From IMG/VR virus record IMGVR_UViG_3300046477_000550: a stretch of DNA of 64,000 bases. The stretch is one strand, 5' to 3'. The notes under the pieces were generated by a model. That model saw only the letters and a list, made by a program, of their open reading frames with translations, had not been told where the DNA came from and ran no database searches. The position numbers and the translations under genes are program-made. The stretch's first letter is position 1. The number at the start of each line of letters is the position of its first letter. Of this stretch, positions 59,708 through 64,000 are shown piece by piece. Source of the DNA: a virus.

Positions 59708-61942
59708 TCAGTGGTTGACGAGCTGGTAGGTGCCGCGACTGCCGGCGGGTTCGACGTGTCCGGCCTGGTGGAGGTCACCCATGACGTTGTTGATGCTGCC
59801 GGGGGCGACGTCGGGCATCCGCTTGCGGACGTCCCTGAGGGCCATGGGTCCGTCGGCGAGGAGGTCGAGGATGCGGTCCTTGATGCTGCCGGCGGAGGGC
59901 TCGTCGTCGTCGTCGAGGAAGTCGCGGTAGGCCGCGTCGCCGTCCTCAGCCCCGGAGTCGAGGTCCCCGGCGAGGAGCGCTTCGGCGTGGGGTAGCCAGC
60001 GGGCGTAGGCATCCCGGAAGACGCGGTCCTCTTCCGGGGTGAGGGTGGGCGTGGGCGCCGATTCCATGAGGGCGATGAGACCCGGGTAGGTCTTGTCCAC
60101 CTTGCGGGCCTTGAAGACCCGGGAGAGGAAGAGGACGCCGCCCTGGATGATGTTGGCCATGCCTGCGGTGATCGGACCGTTCTTTGCCTCCTCGCCGCTG
60201 AAGGCGGCGTCGATGTCGCTGCCGGTTTTGAAGTAGCGCTGGATCGGGTCGAGGGTGACGCCGGGCGGGAGTACTCCGTCGGTGGCCATGTGCTGGGTTG
60301 TGCTGCTGTTTGTCCTGCCCAGCCAGACCGTGCCGTTTTTCGCGTTGGCGCGGATCTTGTCCTTGTCGCCGAGTTCAGCCAAGTGGATGTTCTGGGCGGC
60401 GAAGCGGATGCCCTTGCCGAGCTTGCGGCCGGTTGCCTGGGCATCGCTGACGAGGCCGGACACCCAGTTGCGGAAGGCGCGGGGGACGTCTGCATCGGAG
60501 GACAGGATCCGGTTGAGCTCGTCGAAGGTGCCGTTGACCAGGGCCCACGGTTTGCCGATCTCGAAGGAGCCCCAGCCGTTGGCGGCGGAGATCTTCTCCC
60601 GGTAGGCGCCGAGTTCGTTGAAGGCGGCGAGGGTCGCGCCGGTGGCTGCGATGCCTTTGCCGAAGTGGCAGACGCGGCCGTCGGCCTCAGGCAGGGACAT
60701 GCCGTTCTGGGCGTCGGCGACGATGGATACGACGCCGGAGAGCCGTTCGGCGACGAGCACGGTGAGCAGGGCTACCGACTTGCCGGCTCCCATGGCGCCG
60801 ACGAAAAGGTCGGTGACCGCACCCATCTCGGGGTCGTACAGCGCCATGCGGGCGGGGCGGCCGTCGTGACGGACGCCGATCTGAATGGTGCCGTCGGTAC
60901 GCATGGTGAGGTCTTCGGCGGTGGCTTCGCGGACCTCCATCAGCGGATGGTTCTTGTAGATGGAGATGATGCCGTCGCCGAGGCCATCGGTTTCGACCAT
61001 GACCAGCGACTTGTCCTTGTAGCCGATGGCGCGGGTGATCTGCGTCTGGTTCAGCTGGATCATCTGACCGTCGGGAGCGGTGACGCGCAGAGCGGTGCGG
61101 TTGAGTTCGGTCTTGTAGCCGGTGAGGTGCATGCCAGCGGCGCCCCCGTTGGGGCGGGCCAGCCGCTCGTAGAAGAGGCGCTCGGCCGGGTTCTGCTGCG
61201 CCTGCTCGACGGCGTCGAGGGTGGGCCGGGCGGTGAGCAGCTTGCGTCCGGGGCCGGAGCCTTTGATGAGGCTCAATGTGACGGTGCCGGGCGGCAGGTC
61301 GAAGACGGCGGCCAGCGCGGTCGCGTTGAGGTCGGGGACGGCTTCACCGGCTGGGGCGACGACGATGCCCCAGAAGTCGGGGTGCCGGGCGTCGTACTGG
61401 GTGACGGTGGTCAGCAGCGTGCTGCTGGTGGACCGGGCGTCGGCCCACTGCCGCGTCCGGTGCGCGCCGTAGGTGGCGAGCGGTGCGGCCTCCAGGGCGG
61501 GGATTTCCGCCGAAGCGTTCGGGAGTGCATCGGGCATCAGGTTGGTGGAGTGGGTGAGCGGCACGGTGGCCGCCATGAGCGCGCCCCATCCGGCGGGCAG
61601 CACGTACTCCCACCAGGGGGCGCCGGGGTGGAGCAGGTCGGCGAGGTAGACGAGGGCGCCGGTCAGCGGCGGCACGACACGCTGGGCGGCGCGCAGGAAC
61701 CCTGAGTGGCCTTCCGGGTGCTCCCACTTGCCGTACAGCCAGGCGAACGAGCCGATGGCGACACCGGCGGCGCCGAGGTGGGCGGGCCACCAGCCGTCAT
61801 GCTGGGGGGTGACGGTGATGCCGAGGGTGGCCGCACCGTAGAGGAGGCGCTCGAAGCGGGCACGGCGCCGGATGCTGCGGGCGGGAACGAGCCGCGGGCC
61901 GTCGTGTACGGCCAGGTCGGGCGTCTTGTCGGTGACGGCCAC
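59708..61942 (-). CDS. traB: TraB-type FtsK/SpoIIIE dsDNA translocase
   Basis: 744 aa with N-terminal TM segments, Walker A VGAMGAGKS and a C-terminal winged-helix-like tail (MALRDVRKRMPDVAPGSINNVMGDLHQAGHV). Confidence 0.8.
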   Translation of the reverse strand: MAVTDKTPDLAVHDGPRLVPARSIRRRARFERLLYGAATLGITVTPQHDGWWPAHLGAAGVAIGSFAWLYGKWEHPEGHSGFLRAAQRVVPPLTGALVYLADLLHPGAPWWEYVLPAGWGALMAATVPLTHSTNLMPDALPNASAEIPALEAAPLATYGAHRTRQWADARSTSSTLLTTVTQYDARHPDFWGIVVAPAGEAVPDLNATALAAVFDLPPGTVTLSLIKGSGPGRKLLTARPTLDAVEQAQQNPAERLFYERLARPNGGAAGMHLTGYKTELNRTALRVTAPDGQMIQLNQTQITRAIGYKDKSLVMVETDGLGDGIISIYKNHPLMEVREATAEDLTMRTDGTIQIGVRHDGRPARMALYDPEMGAVTDLFVGAMGAGKSVALLTVLVAERLSGVVSIVADAQNGMSLPEADGRVCHFGKGIAATGATLAAFNELGAYREKISAANGWGSFEIGKPWALVNGTFDELNRILSSDADVPRAFRNWVSGLVSDAQATGRKLGKGIRFAAQNIHLAELGDKDKIRANAKNGTVWLGRTNSSTTQHMATDGVLPPGVTLDPIQRYFKTGSDIDAAFSGEEAKNGPITAGMANIIQGGVLFLSRVFKARKVDKTYPGLIALMESAPTPTLTPEEDRVFRDAYARWLPHAEALLAGDLDSGAEDGDAAYRDFLDDDDEPSAGSIKDRILDLLADGPMALRDVRKRMPDVAPGSINNVMGDLHQAGHVEPAGSRGTYQLVNH

Positions 61943-61983
61943 GGTGGTGTCCTCCTTCAGGTCAGGTCAGGTCAGGGTGCGGG

Positions 61984-62496
61984 TCAGTAGACTTCGTTGA
62001 ACTGGGCTTTCGGCTGCTTTACGCCGCCGGGCAGGGCCTTGACGGTTTCGTGGATGCCGCCGTACTCGGACTGGTGGGCGTCACGGACGCCGTTGGCGTT
62101 GGCTTCCATGCCGTCGGCGGCGTTGGCAACTTCGCCGGAGGCTTCGGCAACCCGGTCGAAGGCGGCGGCGACCTCAAGAGCCTGGGCCTGGAAGCGGGCG
62201 TCGACGCCGGCCTGGGCGAGGTGTCCGGCGAGGCGTCGGGCACGCTGCGCGTCGTGGTGCATGCGCGCCTTGAGGAGGTGCAGCTGCTCCTTGAGGATGG
62301 CGGCCGCGGCGGCGAGGGCCATGATGCGCAGGGCGAGGGTGACGAAGTTGAGGATGCCGCTGATGGCGCCTCCCCAGCTCATCCGCTGGGGCTGGTTGTT
62401 TCCAGTGGCGGCCGGGAGGTTGTCGCTGTCTGCGGCGGCAGCTTCGGCGCCGGTCTGGACGGAAGTGGGTTCGATCGCGTTACTGTCGTCGCTCAT
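61984..62496 (-). CDS. hypothetical protein with a central TM segment
   Basis: 170 aa starting MSDDSNAIEP. The ORF-track upstream extension is Arg-rich junk. Confidence 0.65.
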   Translation of the reverse strand: MSDDSNAIEPTSVQTGAEAAAADSDNLPAATGNNQPQRMSWGGAISGILNFVTLALRIMALAAAAAILKEQLHLLKARMHHDAQRARRLAGHLAQAGVDARFQAQALEVAAAFDRVAEASGEVANAADGMEANANGVRDAHQSEYGGIHETVKALPGGVKQPKAQFNEVY

Positions 62497-62507
62497 CGTC
62501 GTCTGCC

Positions 62508-64000
62508 TCAGGTCTGGTTGTGGATCGGCGCGGAGGGGGTGGTGAGGCCGGCGTCGGCGGTGGCCTGGGTGATGGGCCGGTAGGTGTCGTTGAGGTCGTT
62601 GTCTGCGGTCTCGGACTGTTCTGCTGCTTCGAGGGAGGAGACCTGCATTTCGTCGGACATGCGGGCGACCAGGTCCATGGACTCGGCCATGCGGGCCATC
62701 GCGCCGGAGAACAGCGGGCCGATGAGGTTGTGGTTGACGGCGAGGTCTTCGGCGAACAGGGCGAGGATGTCGCGGAGTTTGCGGCCGCGGTCGGCGAGCT
62801 TGGCGGCCTGGTCGTGGGTTTTGAATCCGTCGTCCTTGAAGTCGCCGTATTCGTCGAGGGCGTCGTCGAGGTTGATTTCGGTGGCGTGTTGGGCGTCCAT
62901 GTGGCGGGCGGCGGTGATGATGCCGTGGCCGGTGCGGGCGGCCTGGTTGCGGGCCTTCGCGATGCGGCGGTCGGGCTTGGCGGGGGGCATGGCGATGGGC
63001 TCCTTGGGGCGGGTGGTGCCGGGGCGGGGCGGGTTCACGGTCGGTGCGGTGTCGAGGGCGGCCGGACCGTTCTTGGGCAGCGCCGGAGTGCCGGTGCCGA
63101 GCGCGTCGGGTTCCCACCGTTTGGCCTGCGCGCCCGGATAGTCGTCGCGTTCGACGGTGATGGTGGCGGCTGCCTGGCCGGCGGCCTGGCCTGCGTTCTG
63201 GAAGGGGCTGCGGCGCGTCCGGCCCGCCGATCCGCCAGGGGCTCCGGCGCTGCCGGTGCCGGTGTTGGTGCCGGTCGGGCCCGTGGTGCCGCCGAAGCAG
63301 CCGCCGTTCTTCCGGGTGCGGGCGCGGGCGTTCGCCCACCACGCGCCGGCCTTCCGTCCGGCATTCCTGAACCGTTTGTTCTTCCGCCGACTGCCGCTTC
63401 CCGTCGCGCCGGGGGCCGCGCCTGGCTTCTTCGGCTTGTTCAGGTTGACCTTCGGCGTACCGCCGTTGCCCGTCTTCGACTTTCCGTTCTTCGGGGCGGA
63501 CCAGATGGGCGGGGTGACCGTTTGACGGCGGCGCTTCAGCCGTTTGCGGGCGGCCCGGTGTGCAGCCTTCCGCAGCGCCTGGGCCAGCGTGGTGCGTCCG
63601 GCGGCCTGCGTGTTGCTCTTCCCTGCGGCGGCCCCCGGAGTGGCGCTGCCGGGCCGGCCCGGAGCCTTCGTCAGGTTGACCTTGGCGGGCTGCCCGGGGG
63701 CGCCCGTCGGGTTCTTCGGCGCGTTCTTCTGGCTCTTCTGGCCGCTGCCCCACAGGGCGGGGGTGGCTCCGCCCTGCTTCTGCCGCTTCTTCCAGCGGCG
63801 CGCCGCGGCCTTCTGGGTGTCCTTCTTCAGTGCGGCGCCCAGCCCGGTCCTGCCCGAGCCGCTGTCGCTGCCGCCGTCAAGCTGCTTGCGGCGCTGCTTG
63901 TCCAGGCCGGCCTTCGATCCGGCCTGCGAGTTATGGAGCGGACTCTTCTTCGGCTTCGGCCCGACGGTGGTGTCGGGCTTCTTCGGCTTCGGGCCTGCAC
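62508..64000 (-). CDS. large basic low-complexity repeat protein (N-terminus beyond window edge)
   Basis: The frame is open from 62508 to 64000. It has Lys/Arg/Gly/Pro-rich repeats (GRT-x-L-xx-AL-[KR]K...KRxxQ...W) and a helical acidic C-terminal domain. An internal GTG at 63038 is an alternative start. Confidence 0.5.
   Translation of the reverse strand, partial: AGPKPKKPDTTVGPKPKKSPLHNSQAGSKAGLDKQRRKQLDGGSDSGSGRTGLGAALKKDTQKAAARRWKKRQKQGGATPALWGSGQKSQKNAPKNPTGAPGQPAKVNLTKAPGRPGSATPGAAAGKSNTQAAGRTTLAQALRKAAHRAARKRLKRRRQTVTPPIWSAPKNGKSKTGNGGTPKVNLNKPKKPGAAPGATGSGSRRKNKRFRNAGRKAGAWWANARARTRKNGGCFGGTTGPTGTNTGTGSAGAPGGSAGRTRRSPFQNAGQAAGQAAATITVERDDYPGAQAKRWEPDALGTGTPALPKNGPAALDTAPTVNPPRPGTTRPKEPIAMPPAKPDRRIAKARNQAARTGHGIITAARHMDAQHATEINLDDALDEYGDFKDDGFKTHDQAAKLADRGRKLRDILALFAEDLAVNHNLIGPLFSGAMARMAESMDLVARMSDEMQVSSLEAAEQSETADNDLNDTYRPITQATADAGLTTPSAPIHNQT

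Larger units (their letters stand above)
1..64000. mobile_element. Temperate siphovirus-like element of a high-GC actinobacterium, possibly a phage-plasmid; the window lies entirely inside it
   Basis: Contiguous phage early, lysogeny, structural and lysis modules plus a TraB-type transfer block. No host housekeeping genes or att duplications seen. Confidence 0.6.

Noticed and set aside
62497-63753. N-terminal extension of ORF 61984-63753
   Set aside because: The part upstream of Met 62496 is Arg/His/Pro junk and overlaps, out of frame, the better-supported basic repeat protein.
1-64000. CRISPR arrays, rRNA genes, IS/transposase genes, reverse transcriptase (retron or DGR)
   Set aside because: I saw no regularly spaced direct repeats with unique spacers and no rRNA-like stretches. 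I recognised no DDE transposase or YxDD reverse-transcriptase motifs in any plausible ORF. This was a visual scan only.

Overview
GC-rich window with actinobacterial, Streptomyces-like codon usage (third codon positions are almost all G/C). It appears to be entirely mobile DNA; I saw no host housekeeping genes. Almost everything is transcribed on the minus strand.

Layout by coordinate:
- 1-8.4 kb: phage early operon. It contains a RecT plus PD-(D/E)XK exonuclease pair and many small ORFs coupled by overlapping start/stop codons.
- 8.2-11.3 kb: lysogeny switch. It has Cro-like and excisionase-type HTH genes on the minus strand, a CI-like repressor and tyrosine integrase on the plus strand, repeated operator-like 18-mers, and a palindrome-rich attP-like non-coding stretch.
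- 11.5-18.4 kb: accessory island with XRE, GntR-like and RHH regulators, small Cys-rich proteins, and a second tyrosine recombinase with a 377-aa partner.
- 18.5-20.4 kb: a Ro60/Rsr (TROVE plus vWA) gene preceded by two tandem Y-RNA-like ncRNAs. One of them carries a circularly permuted tRNA-like module.
- 20.6-49.6 kb: a complete siphovirus late region. In order of transcription: HTH_17 gene, tRNA cluster, unusual pre-terminase block, TerS, TerL, portal, 2H-phosphoesterase::MuF fusion, protease/scaffold, capsid, connectors, major tail, G/GT chaperone, tape measure, minor tail, lysis cassette.
- 49.7-57.6 kb: about 20 small ORFs of unknown function.
- 57.65-58.3 kb: a second divergent regulatory node.
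- 58.3-64 kb: a TraB/FtsK-type conjugative translocase block with membrane (Spd-like) proteins and an Mrr-like nuclease.

Most notable observations:
- The Rsr/Y-RNA module, plus a second paralogous permuted tRNA-like element hidden in the phage tRNA cluster.
- A virion MuF protein fused to a 2H phosphoesterase.
- A terminase large subunit whose Walker A motif is only restored by a -1 shift at G_GGA_AAA.
- A TraB transfer module joined to a phage, which suggests a phage-plasmid.

Limits: all functional calls rest on motif recognition by eye, since no searches were run. ncRNA ends are approximate.
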